A DNA stretch of 64,000 nucleotides from Oopsacas minuta. Lineage: Eukaryota; Animalia; Porifera. The stretch is taken from positions 1,175,883 to 1,239,882 of the forward strand of contig JAKMXF010000066.1 in assembly GCA_024704765.1 (NCBI GenBank). The letters are read 5' to 3'. Every line of letters begins with the position of its first letter. Position 1 is the first letter of the stretch. Under the pieces are notes generated by a model. That model did no database searches. It was given only the letters and a program-made list of their open reading frames with translations, and had not been told where the DNA came from. The position numbers and the translations under genes were made by a program. Positions 23,301-34,579 of this stretch are shown here, piece after piece.

Positions 23301-23657
23301 ACACCGATATTTCTCCGTCCACATGCAAAAAGCGTGCTAGCGTGTGCCATAGAAAACGATTCAGCATTTCTTTCCCGTCACCTCATCATGGATTATTCGC
23401 TACTCGTTGGCATAGATGAAGAAAGTCAACAGTTATTAGTTGGTATAATAGATTATATCAGGACATTTACTTGGGATAAAAAACTAGAAATGTGGGTGAA
23501 GAGTAGCGGAATACTTGGAGGCGGCGGCAAAGCACCAACCGTGATCTCACCTGAAAAGTATAAAAAGAGATTTTGTGAAGCTATTGATAAATATTTCCCA
23601 ATGGTTCCTGATAAGTGGACAGTGATTGGGACGGAAAAAATTCATTTATCATCCTGA
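17337..23657 (+). CDS. PIKFYVE: 1-phosphatidylinositol 3-phosphate 5-kinase PIKfyve/Fab1, 2106 aa, intronless
   Basis: FYVE finger (YWMAD..CKECYEC..FRRRHHCRICGQIFC), DEP domain (GAQVVDWLL), CCT/Cpn60-like domain, and PIP5K domain (ARGGKTRA, FDLKGS, MDYSLLVG, IIDYIRTFTWDKKLE, PTVISPEKYKKRF). Confidence 0.97.
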   Translation: MTLNYDCSSRIVTFATGQNENQPDDTQPHNHMTSPSDKNELETVYSTSRQQIDILSNYLTQSTKEVNTNTDSLTFFQPVEFDDSTSVEEEIGQYNLRPVNKTIVKTELSTKGLTPSPSVCLGSTLSLPAKRTEEYQSGSKLSSQSLQQQQQEVKDNETYSTSGLEAKQIQKRNVVFDVLTRLSRSKLSEDRPSDDMRQYWMADRTCKECYECGQVFTTFRRRHHCRICGQIFCAKCCSEYAPGQMFGLNTNQRVCSYCHRVIRVYAQTTSGTADMNNFLMETSNLSQQKPKFLSYSVNDSNETYDIPFNPNFASNTPAKINLKTEPNIKVVNSQGSLDIDPSHIDVVDEEDQLPIAKDTLLAVWMKMQDLDSGLTLQTQRHRFKHYRNAITGAQVVDWLLSNKIAETQHYAENIGKALVDAKWLTPATNSTIPFKNDNRPYNLVYSTNVQDSKLPLEKDKADPLWLQAIDFNDEDDEMFDLHKNETGNIPHRDSISKRDANQPSESNFHLPTVSKFDTNNDTKRSSMATKLDEGVSFVDAYLGNSYIMSPSLPLRRASSLGQLNITQPSDFPRIDIEHFRDSVELRLTDSLPAVDKFDSSMYNSKRVGSDPCLLDKTMYLDSNSGTLNDRHTSMKGIFRKSFHEFDEGEAQKRLDQYTKTHLSSLMLQELYQGGLSSKWFDVLMPIITEISQTVRLNLQHDEVIDIRKFAKFKKVSGGAMADSEIIYGVVCSKNLTSKHTQKYYNKPKVLLLRCAFEFERKENKISSFDMLIMQEKEYISNLVNKVLALEPNLVIVERSVARIAQEMLINNGITLVTNMKSSVINRIARSTAGHQLVSLDQLSWEIQLGVCKKFFLKTFTISENETKTLMFFEGCPPVLGCSVCLRGGSRKELIKIKKIANFVLLSAYNLHLENAFIRDTFTKPLPIRTLPKYSLSSGYPTPPSSPRLKFAPAIQHTNGLCENALPLSGQSLCTEPSEELTQDLTTPFYKVFEKHIFTLSPHLVLNPPYLHTYNGTLSKVRKYLPNMLYWSNQFESIDASVVMGIDEANFSRETLCNSLTQLDNLSVFRGLSFISNRKPDIDRKKGKSGTYKKFDSNSNNYSTSVTSHKTYSVDSSSNLPAGFVKGITFKPTDYFSSSTSHWFVNAIILGTAPKNTFDGLLANYRATAQFSHLHQDQYPISLYLKYPDVKIEQYQLQDNSIESKLLLNDEKSTELDQKIDVLPTSEYLELDHDDYLEDFTYSTKRVDCFDMKYHQKIPVLFSSNSIESPNWPLACIKPWVIIMDFYGKRDIDLYNFLMKYCFRPNYNCLTDKCRVKMNKHLRYFAHGDAAIFLRTDVIKELSSEFERIRTWGQCITCKSSTPVSILSPEAQAFSFAKFLELKFYGKHLIRRLSSQQCTHAVFSDQIQFFSYGKWIAAFEYQKLNLKDVVLTSSLLTFDAKTLLLNQDWAKELKFLNSKMAETFNLLYTKLEILNKSLISEESTISEYKIKLAHEETDLMEKVKSLIAKADEFGCFSNDPQIHDNTQSFYKSTLEYLQDHLAYIKGVFSKAIRKWNNLYQGLVDSDSVSKQQKSIPGPSSRTYSDFTPSTTTKEFSVSNTIPEEIDNKYIDYDNFEVDSEQSNPDLSSLSSGRGSLIQHSDHYSLPSSPVKSSAAFMVFPKQNSLTAPSTSEVHGEVYAPSDFPTQEPPKRQMSEPPNFNTQKTKSLGRMGNKDFIEKKRPSIQKGFFTPVPLPFNTGDHFTLECGQIPLAIYESEPSSIIAYGLNSTSYKDKLSQLLRLEKTTKKNNISGTYSNDLAEEDRSVKSDINSDHEEHIELEFEDSGTHFYCKVFYAQQFMRLREEIYSEGEDCFIRSLSRCVDWAARGGKTRATFRKVLDNQFIIKQMSRTEVDSFITFANSYFAYIKSMIGNEKPTTLAKVLGVYRIGFRNTITNQSMKEDVLVIENLFYLHKCSKVFDLKGSLRNRYLQPNNKDSDVLLDENLLEYIGQTPIFLRPHAKSVLACAIENDSAFLSRHLIMDYSLLVGIDEESQQLLVGIIDYIRTFTWDKKLEMWVKSSGILGGGGKAPTVISPEKYKKRFCEAIDKYFPMVPDKWTVIGTEKIHLSS

Positions 23658-24363
23658 AATATCTGATGACTTGTTCCTTGTGTAAATACGCTACGAATTT
23701 ATAAGTTCGTTTATTTCACGGCAGCTATGCTAGGCTAGGATTTGTTGTATGATATTCATTAAAAACCGCTTATATTTATTCTATGTTTAATATTATGATA
23801 AGTTGCAATGACGTAACCAAAATAATTAATGTTTAAAACGCTACGAAAAGTATTGTGGCTATGTAATGGGATAATGTTCGTATATTTCTTTCTTTTTATT
23901 TCTCGAAAAATATTTCAATTAAACTCTACTCCTATACCTGGGGTCCCCTTGATAGTTCACGGACGACGACAGGGGCCCAGAAGATCCAAAAGTTCTATTG
24001 GAGTCTATGAGAGGGGGTCCATGGGTGAAAATGGTTGAGAACCAAAGCTCTTTACTATACTAGTCCATCAATAAATAATAATCTAGTATTCAAAATCATC
24101 ATATATGTTATCCTTGCGCTTGGCATACTAATGGACCTGCTTATCTCTTGTCAAAGCAGAAATACCCGAATATTTGCATCTACGTATATTGAATATTCAT
24201 GGTTGAAACTTACTACCCATTATATTATTATCTCACCAGTAAAATTGCAAACACTCTCATAACAATATATTACGTGGATCTTATAAATCAAAAAACTGGT
24301 AATTCTCTTTCTCAGTGCATTTATCATTCGATAGAGAAATTCAATTGATACAAGAGGGTATTG

Positions 24364-27300
24364 ATGTCACTTGGCTTTCACTTAAATGAAGTCCCTCTCA
24401 TTTCTGCATGTCTACTCAACAAGATGAATGAAGTAAAGACTCTTATCGACCAATTAGTTGATGTAAATGCTCAAGATTCTGAGAGAAGGACAGCTCTACA
24501 CGTGGCTGCACACTTTGGGCACTATGAATGTATTAAAATATTACTCAATAAAAATGCGAGGCCATCTCCCAAGGATAGTAGATGGTTAACTCCGTTACAT
24601 AGGGCTTGTGCCATGGGTCATGATGATATTGTTAAGCTATTGATTGACAATACTGCTGAGGTACTGTACTTTAATGGTGTAGTTATTTGTTATATTCGTA
24701 GTCAACCCTCGTTATATCGAAGCTCAAAGGAATGCGCTAATTATTTGGTGAAATATTTGTACAATATCAGACGTCAATATAAGCGGGTATTTTAAATTAA
24801 AATATCCGTGTTTGAATAACAGGAGTTGATTGTACTTAATTTCACTGAGTATTAACCGGGAAAAATTTCGAAAATTTGTGGGATTTCTTCGCCATGCTAC
24901 AATAATTGACTGTAATTTCATTTTAGGTAACAGCCCGAGACAAGAACTGGATGACTCCATTACACATAGCAGCTAATAACAACCATGTAGCTTGTGCTGA
25001 AATAATAATACCAACACTACTACATCTCAATATAGCAGATCGTACCGGCAAGACTAGCTTACATCACGCAGCTTATAACGGTCATATTGAGATGACGTCA
25101 TTATTAATTCGTCACGGTGCGAACATTTCAGCTAACGATAAGCGACAGCGGACTTCCTTACACTGGGCAGCATTTGCAGGTAATGTAGAAGTAATTACAG
25201 AGCTGGTAAACAACGGTGCGGACACGAACTCGAAAGATAAACTCGGTTATACCCCACTACACTGCGCTTCTGCTTCTGGAGAGCTCGCTGCTGTCATGAA
25301 ACTGTTAGAACTATCAGCTGACGTGACTGTCGTCACGATTAATGGGGCTACAGCCTTGCATGTAGCTTGTCAAAGTGGTCAAGATGATATTATCCGTGTG
25401 TTGATAAAGAATTCTCCTGATTTGGATATAACTAATGCGAAAGGTGAAACACCATTACATCTAGCTGCGTTCTGTAGAGTACAATCAGACGGTCTGGAGC
25501 TTATGGTGGAAGCTAAAGCTTCTCTAAACCAAAAATCCGAAGATGGACGTACTCCGCTACATCTCGCTTGCACCAGAGGGCCACCAAGTCGTGTACAGTG
25601 TCTATTAAGCAATGAAGCTGAAGTGAACGTATCTGACAATGAAGGTAACTTCCCTATACATTTGGCTGCGAAAAATGGACTCCCAATGGTTCTTAACATC
25701 CTAATAGAACAAGGAGCAAACGTCCATTCCAAAGGCGGTTCAGGGATGCTACCATTACACATGGCTTGTCTATACTCACATGTAGAATGTGTACGGTTAT
25801 TGCTGGAACAAATGACCAAGGATGACATACGTCAAACTCTTGATGAAGAGAAGCGGTCAGTGTTACACGCAGCTGCATGCGGAGGTTCAATTGACTGTCT
25901 TAAAATGATACTCGAACAGGGAGTGGAAATAAACGGAAAAGATATATACACACGTACTCCATTACATTATGCCTCTGCTCATGCTAAATTGAATTGTATT
26001 ACAGAGCTAATTGCTCATGGAGCTCTTGTTAATGTATCCGATAAATTCGGTCGTACTCCACTGCACTATGCTTCTACTTCTGATGAAGATGGTCGTTGTG
26101 TTAGTCATTTACTTAAGAAGCAGGCTAAAGCGAACAAGAAAGATATAGAGCTATTTAACCCAGCTCATTACGCGTCGCGTTTTGGTAGAAAACTTGTGTT
26201 ACAAATGTTGCTAGATAACTCCGCATCAGATTTGCTAGCTCATGGCAGTGGAATGCCAAAGACTACTCCATTACACTTAGCTTCGTATCATGGTCATTTT
26301 ACACTTGTGGATATACTAGCTAGACATTTGCATTCGTTAGATGCTAAAGATGCTCAGGGAAGGACTGCATTAGATCTCGCGGCTTTTCAAGGCCACAGTG
26401 AAGTGTTGGAGGTCCTTATCTCTCAGATTTCCGCGAAAATTATCTCATCTGACGGTCCAGAACGCCTGCATCATGATGAAGCCTTGCTTAGTAAAGATAC
26501 AGTGTCACAACGCACTGCCTTGCATGCTGCAGCAATGAATGGGCACACTTCATGTTTGAGAATTATTCTAGATCATTTAACTGATCCACAGCAAGCTGAT
26601 GTACGTGACAACACATGTAGGACTCCATTAATGGTAGCAGTAGCTAATGGACATTCCGATTGTGTACAGTTGTTGCTAGGGAATAACACTAATATTGATG
26701 CTAGAGATAAAGAGCATAGAACAGCATTACATAGAGCAGCTGCTTACGGATACGAGGAATGTGTTGATGCGCTATTACAACATCGTGCTGACGTCAATAT
26801 TCGAGATGTACAGGGGAAAACAGCTGTACATTTTGCTGCAGCATGTGGCCACGTGGCCTTGCTTAATAATTTACTGCGAGTACGTGGATGTGTGCATGCA
26901 GCGCAGGATAAGCGAGGTTTCACTGCACTACACTGGGCTGCTTATAAAGGTCATCATAAAAGCGTTGAATGCTTATTAGAGATACCAAGCTTATCCAGCG
27001 ATGATCCTGAATGGAAAGGCAATCCATTTTCACCTTTACACTGTGCTGTAGCAAATGACCATGAACCTTGTTGTGATATATTATTCGATTCATTTGACAG
27101 TGATATTATCAATTCTAAAGATAGTAAGGGTCGAACTCCATTACATGTTGCAGCTTTTTACAATTCACCCGATTGTCTACAGATATTACTAACGAAAGAA
27201 GTATTGGTTAATTGTCAGGATGATGATAAAATGACTCCGTTGATGATGGCTGCAAAAGCTGGTCATTCTAATGTAATAGGAATTTTAATGTCTTGTACTG

Positions 27301-27968
27301 GGATTGAAGGCCCGAATATATTTGAGACAGATCTATACGGGAATACAGCGTTACATATAGCTTGTATTGAAGGTAATGGTGATTGCGCATTGTTACTACT
27401 TGAAAAGGCTGGAGTAAACGCGATTTCTATTTGCAATGATCGACAACAGACTCCGTTACATATTTCAGCAAACAAGGGATTGGTTAATGTTGTAGTGGAA
27501 TTGATTCGTTTAGGTTCAAACGTATACGCAATGGATAAAGACCTGCATACACCTGCATTGTGTTGTGCTTCTAATAGCGATACGGTAAAATGTCTGGAGA
27601 TTATTCTTAATGCTTTGCTTAATCCTGAAAAATATGAAAAATCTCACAAAGGTGAAATGAATGAAAGTTCTGAGATACATGAAATATCTGAGACACTCGA
27701 AAAATCTGAAATTTCTGAACTAAACGAAAAATCTGGAACAGTAGATGAGAATCACGAGAAACCTCAAGTACAACAATCAGAAATTCAAGAAAAACCTGAA
27801 ACACATGAAAAATCAAAAGTAGCTGAAAAATATGAGATACATGAGAAATCTGAGATTTCTGAAGGACTCGAAAATTCTGAGATTTTTGAAATTCCTCAAA
27901 TATCTGGAAAACCTGGAAAAACTGAACATTCTGAACAAACTGAAACACCAGCAGAAAGAACTTCGTAA
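24364..27968 (+). CDS. ANKRD28: Ser/Thr protein phosphatase 6 regulatory ankyrin repeat subunit (ANKRD28/44/52 family), 1112 aa
   Basis: Exons 24364-24660 and 24927-27968 (phase-0 GT-AG). About 25 or more ankyrin repeats; VNAQDSERRTALHVAA..KDSRWLTPLHRA..VTARDKNWMTPLH matches the family N-terminus. The paralog cannot be resolved. Confidence 0.9.
24699..24832. mobile_element. MITE family A, in ANKRD intron 1
   Basis: Left TIR tagtcaaccctcgttatatcgaagctcaaagg; core atatttgtacaatatcagacgtcaatataagcggg; right TIR gtttgaataacaggagttgattg|TA. Confidence 0.75.
27621..27955 (+). repeat. Coding degenerate 9-nt repeat (GAA-AAA-TCT type) giving an (E-x-x)n tail
   Basis: Recurrent gaaaaatctgaaatttctgaa, gagaaatctgagatttctgaa and gaaaattctgagatttttgaa; Glu at nearly every third residue. 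Confidence 0.8.
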
Positions 27969-28290
27969 TAGCGTCGAAACTCTTAATATCCAGCCTCACA
28001 ACTAGCTTTTTACTTGGATCCAAAATGTAATAGACTTACATTATTTTTGCTGATCCCTATTCCATTATTTAGCATAATTGAACTTTATAGCTTTGTTCAA
28101 GAATTGTATTTATTGTATTGTGTTTGTGCCAATATATAGTTTGATCAAATTAGTGAGATGATAGTTTAAATCCAGATTCAAAAGTTTCACACTTCCGCTC
28201 TTCCGCGCCGCGCTAAATTTATCATGTCTATCCACGGAATGTTATGGTATTTGCCCAATTTATAAACTCACAGTGCTTTAGTATGTTTCA

Positions 28291-28469
28291 CAATGTAACC
28301 TCCACAAACTGGGGGGGGGGGGGGGGGGGGCAAGGGGCTGAAAATGCTACCCCGTTCCTGTCACTTCCCCGTTTGTGGTGGTTCATTTGTATGTGACTAG
28401 GATTCTCTATTTATTTTTCACGTTGCAGGAGTTCCCCGTTTCCATAGGCCCGTTGTGGGTGTTTCACTG
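28291..28469. mobile_element. MITE family B upstream of PDHA1, containing a G20 run
   Basis: Left end CAATGTAACCTCCACAAACTGGG; right end ...gggtgtttcactg|TA. The internal sequence aligns with the copy at 29996-30151. Confidence 0.7.
28311..28330 (+). repeat. G20 homopolymer
   Basis: 20 consecutive G, 183 bp upstream of the PDHA1 ATG. Confidence 0.9.
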
Positions 28470-28513
28470 TAGTTGATTTTATAGCGATTTATTACAATAT
28501 TTAGTTTTTAGAG

Positions 28514-30591
28514 ATGTCTGTCCTGACTCGCTTTCTCCCTGCTGCTAATACTCTGCTAAGATTATGTACGATGTCATTTACGCGAAGGCCTACTCCATTT
28601 CTTAGGAAAAGATTCCATACCTCCAGTTTGGTAACCCAGGCTAAAGCTAGTATACAGGAACATCCTCATTACAGTGGTTACACTGGAGATGAGACTGTTA
28701 GCTTTACAACACCAAGATATGACTTGTACAGATTTGAAGAGGGGCCTAGTACTGATGTTGTAATATCTAGAGCTGAATTTCTGCAGATTTATGATGATAT
28801 GTTAACGATCAGGACAATGGAGGAGAGGTAATATTTTGATAATTTGAATTCTCATTGGCTTTGGGATAATTTACAGTAAACTCTCGTAATAACGAAGTCC
28901 TCGGGAGTTTCGTTATAACTGACATGGGACTGTATGTGATAATTTTGTGGCCTATATTTCTAGATGTGCAATGCTGTATATGGACAGGAAAATTCGCGGT
29001 TTTTGCCATCTTTACTCTGGGCAAGAAGCAGGTTGTGTAGGACTAGAAAGCAGTATAAGAAGAGATGACAGTGTAATCACTGCATATCGTGCTCACGGTT
29101 GGTCTTATACCCGTGGTATATCAGTTAAAGGAATAATAGCAGAGTTATGTGGTAGAGCTACAGGCTGTACTAAGGGTAAAGGAGGATCTATGCATATGTA
29201 TGCTAAGAACTTCTATGGTGGTAATGGGATTGTAGGAGCACAGATACCTATTGGAGCTGGTATTGCATTTGCGCATATGTATAATAGTAAGTTAAAGATA
29301 CTTATTCACAGATTTATCATATGATTAATCGTATTTCACACCTTTTGCATATATTCAAAATGATGTTGGTGATGGGTAATTGGCTCCTCAGAGTCTAATT
29401 TTAACATTTTCATATGATTAAGATTCACCGTATTCCATATTTTTACGCTATTAAATACTAACTTTGTATATCTTTAGAGGAAGATAGGATATGTGTAACA
29501 CTATACGGAGACGGTGCAGCTAATCAAGGCCAGCTTTTTGAAGCAATGAACATGGCATCTCTATGGAATCTCCCTTGTCTATTCGTATGTGAGAACAATA
29601 AGTACGGTATGGGTACCTCTGTAGAGCGAGCATCTGCTAATTTAGATTTCTATACACGCGGTGATACTATCCCTGGTATACGAGTAGATGGATTGGATGT
29701 ACTAGCTGTACGTGAAGCTACCAAATGGATAGCTGAGTATATGCGAGCTGGTAACGGGCCTGTGTTAATGGAGTTAAATACGTATCGGTATAGAGGACAT
29801 AGTATGACAGATCCTGGTACTACCTATAGATCGAAAGAGGAAATTCAGAAGGTTAGTTCGTTAGCAGTCAACAAGGATCTGTATTTTAATTAGCAATACT
29901 TACAATTACCAACATGGGAGAATCCCTTAATACGACGAACACGTTGACTCAAACAGAATTCGTATTAATCATGTTCGAGGGTCAAAGTCAATATGCAGCG
30001 AAAACCTCCACAAACGAAGACGCCAAATAAGGCTATCCCGTTTCCCCTTTTGTGGAGGTTCATTTCTATGGGACTAGGAATTCACTCTAGGTATTTTCAT
30101 TCGTGTCCAGAAGTTCCCGTTTCCCCAAGCCCATTTATGGAGATTTCACTGTAATTATGATTAGAAATTATACATTATTGTTGAAAAGATTCAGTTGCAA
30201 TTAAAGCCATTATCTCTTCTGGCGAATTACAAAGTTGTCTAGGCTAGCTGGTAATCGTTGAAGTTAAAATTGAATAAATTTCGACGATTTTGTCCTTTCG
30301 CGATAATAATTTACATCCTTAACTGTCATTTATATTCATTTTCTGCACTATTAGGTCCGTGAAATAGACTGTGTCAGAATGGTTAAAGAGTCTATTATTA
30401 ACAGCAATCTAGCTACTGAGTCAGAATTGAAACAAATTGATAAGAAGGTTAAGAAAGTAATTCAAGAAGCGGTTGAATTCTCACTTGCTAGTCCAGAGCC
30501 TAATTTGAATGAGGTATATACACATGTGTACTCAACACTGCCTTATACAGTTAGAGGCAGAGAACCAGGTGAAGAGTATGTTGTATCTTAA
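28514..30591 (+). CDS. PDHA1: Pyruvate dehydrogenase E1 alpha subunit, mitochondrial, 415 aa
   Basis: Exons 28514-28827, 28964-29286, 29478-29851 and 30355-30591, in frame. [13 protein letters not shown]; [10 protein letters not shown]; TPP motif [19 protein letters not shown]; [12 protein letters not shown]; Arg-rich transit peptide. Confidence 0.97.
29996..30151. mobile_element. MITE family B, in PDHA1 intron 3
   Basis: TIRs CAGCGAAAACCTCCACAAACG and ...cccatttatggagatttcactg|TA; internal tttgtggaggttcatttctatgggactagga matches the 28291 copy. Confidence 0.72.
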
Positions 30592-33500
30592 TCAATAGTC
30601 TCACTCGAGAGAGGTAACTGTCATATCATTCAATTCGAAACATTTATTTAGATAAATTTCATACTTTTTTCTGTATCATTTCGTATATCCTTATAATTAT
30701 CAAGTTATGCTAATAGTAAATGTTCGTGTTCCAAGGAGATCTCATGCTACCCAGACATCCACTTCCTTTGTGGTTGTTAGACAGAGACCTTCGAGGGTGT
30801 ACTAGGAACCAAATTAAGCGTATACCCCTTGCGTCTAAATCTGGTCAGGTCATGAGATGTCTACGTATTTCATATTTGTCAACTGTCAAGTTTTTAGAAG
30901 AGAGATTTCGGTATGTTGAGCATGTTCCCGAAAGTGCTAAATGGTGAAATTTCCACCTTCTGTTAGGTTAATTAATCCAAAAAATTCCCGCTACTTCACT
31001 CACTCATATTGACATACGTATACGCATATGGTATAAACATGGAATGAGCAATCGAAAGTATATACCATGAACATGTTTGTTTCATATCTTTGCAACAAGT
31101 TTTACCTTAAACAGAACAGATTTACAACATGTATCACTCTAAAACAGCAATCATCTATAACATATTCTCACAGAATTGTTTTTGAGCCAATAACAGTAGA
31201 ATATCTCCAAGATACATTATGTTGATTCCAAATCATTCAAATACTATCTAACGATAATTATCTCCCTTCGTAGCATTGTAACAACTTTATATTTACGCTT
31301 AACTTTTGTTCAAACAGCTTATTTCCTACACGTTGTAGGATTTGATAACATATTGGCAATAGAATAGCCCACGAAAATATATGTAAATTTATTGTAACAC
31401 TGCCAATTGTACATAGTTTAGAACCAGCACCTTCCATTTTCGTGTGTAGGTTAGGCTAGGTTGCTAAATTACGTGAAAACAGCTGACTATTTGAAGAATG
31501 TGTACTATATTTAGTCTGCATTTACTTATTTGGACAATTTCCAGTTTGAATTAATTACATTTTACGATAGCATTATCAACTCAATAGCATATGTTGCAAC
31601 TTACGTAATATATTTGTTACTTTATTTTACAGATATTATCCAGTGATTTTTATAAAAAATTATAATCTCGTCGTGTCTAATGCTTCATCTTGCGTAAAGT
31701 TAAATCGAGCCATTTAGCCTTCGAGCTATCCTAGCTCAGACTGATTGTATTTTAGGTAGAACCTTCACTTAATTGATAATTTATTTCGCTATTATGGGAG
31801 ATGTCAAATAATTTGTCGCAATGCTCGTTATTATATTTCCTTCATTTCTAATGCTCTGCTCAACTTGATCTTATTAAAGTTGGATATATATTAATCTGTT
31901 CGAGATAGCGTATGTCACCTATATGAGAATACCTCTTAAACAATACATAAGAACAATGGCGAATGTATAGTCACTTTTCAGATAATATAGCACTTCATAA
32001 CCTCGTTAATACCTACGTACGTATTAATTCTGTCCTTACCGAAATGACTATAGTAGTTCCTTGAATCTCAATTCAACCGTAATCTGCTGTTAATACCTAT
32101 CACTTTTATGTTATCCTATCAACCGTGCTCCTTATGGAGTCGACTATCTACCCAATATAGACACTAACCAATGTACAACTAAGTACGATTAATACATGAT
32201 CTGTGTCCACAAATTCTACAATTATACCCTCACCACACCAATACTAATTAATTGAATTGTTTGGGCTATAATTAGTTATACCTTAAACTAATTACGATGA
32301 TGACTTAGAAATTAATAATGAGTATATTATCAAATCATTATATGAGTAATTGTTGATTAAGAGAATATGTCTCAATTAGATTAAAGTGTTACATAAGGAA
32401 TAATTGAGTTTTTTTAATAGCTGTCAAGGAATTATTGATAATACTGTAATGTCTTACTTGCTTTCGTTGAAGAGTCAGCTTATTTAGTTTATTTTATTAT
32501 TTTGTGTATGCGAGTTACATCTACGTAGTTCATGCATTTGCTAAAATACAGAAATCTGGTATGATTTTTGTATATACATATGAAAATTTTTTCCAATTAT
32601 TTAATTACCACAGATTTGTTTGTTATACATATTGTATACCTATTTAAACACACAAGAATATATATCGGGGAAGGTCACTTTGCCCCCCTTGATACGCCAC
32701 TGTTCCTGGCCAATTTCATGTAGAAAATTCTTATGAACAGTTTAGCAATTCATTCATCTCCTTCTTCTACAAATTACAGTAGGCTCTATCTAGATATTGT
32801 ATGAACACCGTTAATATGAAATTCAGGTTAAGACGTAAAAATATGAAGTCTTCTTCAATGAGAATCATGGGCATTACAATTCCATATACGGAGTACAAAT
32901 CTCAAAAAAACAAAGTATATTTCACTTAGCTGTTAAATAACGCGAAATGAAACTAACATACAATCTCCATAAAAACCCTACAAATCTGCTTAGTATTCCA
33001 AAATACTCAGAAATCACATTTTAGCAACGTATACACTGATCTTAAACCCGCCTTTTGGTACAAAAGTATTTCCTACGACGAGCATGGTATATCGCTACTA
33101 TTTCACATAAACCTATCACTACTGATTCAATATTTCACAACTTAGCGTTATAGGTAATCAGGACAGAAAGGTAGTCCCTTATTGATTGCTACGTAACACT
33201 TTCACATTAGAGTATTGTATTACGAATATGAATTACATTTTCTTTGTGGGATATTTATTTGTTTACTTGAGCCATCAGTTTGTTTACTAATGCGTAGAGC
33301 ATTAAAGGACCCCGCTCCATTTCGATTCAGGAAATCTGAAAGAATGAAAAGGAGTAAGATTGGAGCGCTTAATGCTCTGCTATGTTTAATAATGACCATA
33401 TTGTTTATGCATATATGCTCACAAATCAAATATTCCATCTATTTTCAAAGTATTTATTTTTGCTAATTTTAATAATATCAAAATATTATATTTACTATTT

Positions 33501-34579
33501 CAGACAATATTTATCACAAATCACAGCTCAAACTTCATTTCTTTGTCTGGATTATCTCTGTATTCATTATAGATTCATTCTAGGATGACAATTAATATAT
33601 TGTGGTTGTACTGATCAATATGACATGACATTTATCAACTAGCCTCGAAACTGATAATGATATTGTTTCATCAAATTCTCTCCAATAAATTCCAATTTAT
33701 TTTATGGCTGTTTAACATACTATATGTAGTTCAATCATGGCTGTGGCTTTACACACACCCTAGACTGTCGCCAAGTAAATTGAACTATAAATCCATATTC
33801 CTATTACAGAATGCCAGACACATACGATCATATTAATCAACATAGAAATTTTCACATTTTTGTATCAGCCTGTATTTCCAATGGGCTGACTTAAAATAAA
33901 TCTGTTCAACCATACTATTGCATAAGTACAGTGATTGCAGTGCAAAATTGTACTAAAGTATCCTAGCGAGAAAATCATCCGCAATACAGCACATGGCAGG
34001 AGTCAGGCTAATTAACTTAGCATAAAATTCCACGTAGCATGATTATCCAAAAATATAGTGAGAAAAAAGATAACGAAAATATTCCTTAGTGTTTGAATTT
34101 GTTGATTATTATTTTCAATATAATTGGAAAAATTTTAGAAATATATATTGGCTACATATTTTGCTTATCTTGACCAATGAAATCATATTACTTAACCAAA
34201 TACTGCCGAAAATATGTGATTTATGATATCAAAAAGATGCGGGAATTGGTTAAATTTTAGTGTTCCTTTTCACTACTAACGTAAAACTTCAGCCGTAATC
34301 AGTTAATCTTTTTTTATCGCTTAGTAGTTTTCCAAGAAATACAAAAATAACTACGTTGAAAAACAAATATCCATCAATTTTCAAGAGATATATTAAATTA
34401 TACAAGTCTCTGCCCTTTGACTGAGCCAGGTTAAATAAAGTTGGACAACTTATCAAATCGTGGGATGTAATTGAATTAATACAGTTAATATGGCGACTGG
34501 GGTAATTACATAACAAACAACCCATTATTGATAATTTTATTATTTGAAATTCAATGAAACGAAGTAAATTTGATTAGAA

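Noticed and set aside
25379-25890. Antisense ORFs within ANKRD, and similar ones inside PIKfyve, ERMP1, TRAF, KIF6 and neurocalcin
   Set aside because: They are shadow ORFs of real genes arising from codon bias, with no independent coding features.
29790-29830. PDHA1 regulatory loop [11 protein letters not shown] with Thr at phospho-site 2
   Set aside because: It is a conservative change, sites 1 and 3 are intact, and such variation is ordinary among orthologs.
32667-32702. GC-rich hAT-like terminus (CAGTGGCGTATCAAGGGGGGC on the minus strand), with similar ends near 40470-40505 and 49320-49375
   Set aside because: No matching second terminus or 8-bp TSD could be identified, so element boundaries are unsupported.
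33215-33590. Possible decayed LINE fragment (DWS..F...) or small ORFs
   Set aside because: The resemblance is too weak; no reverse transcriptase or endonuclease catalytic motifs were found nearby.
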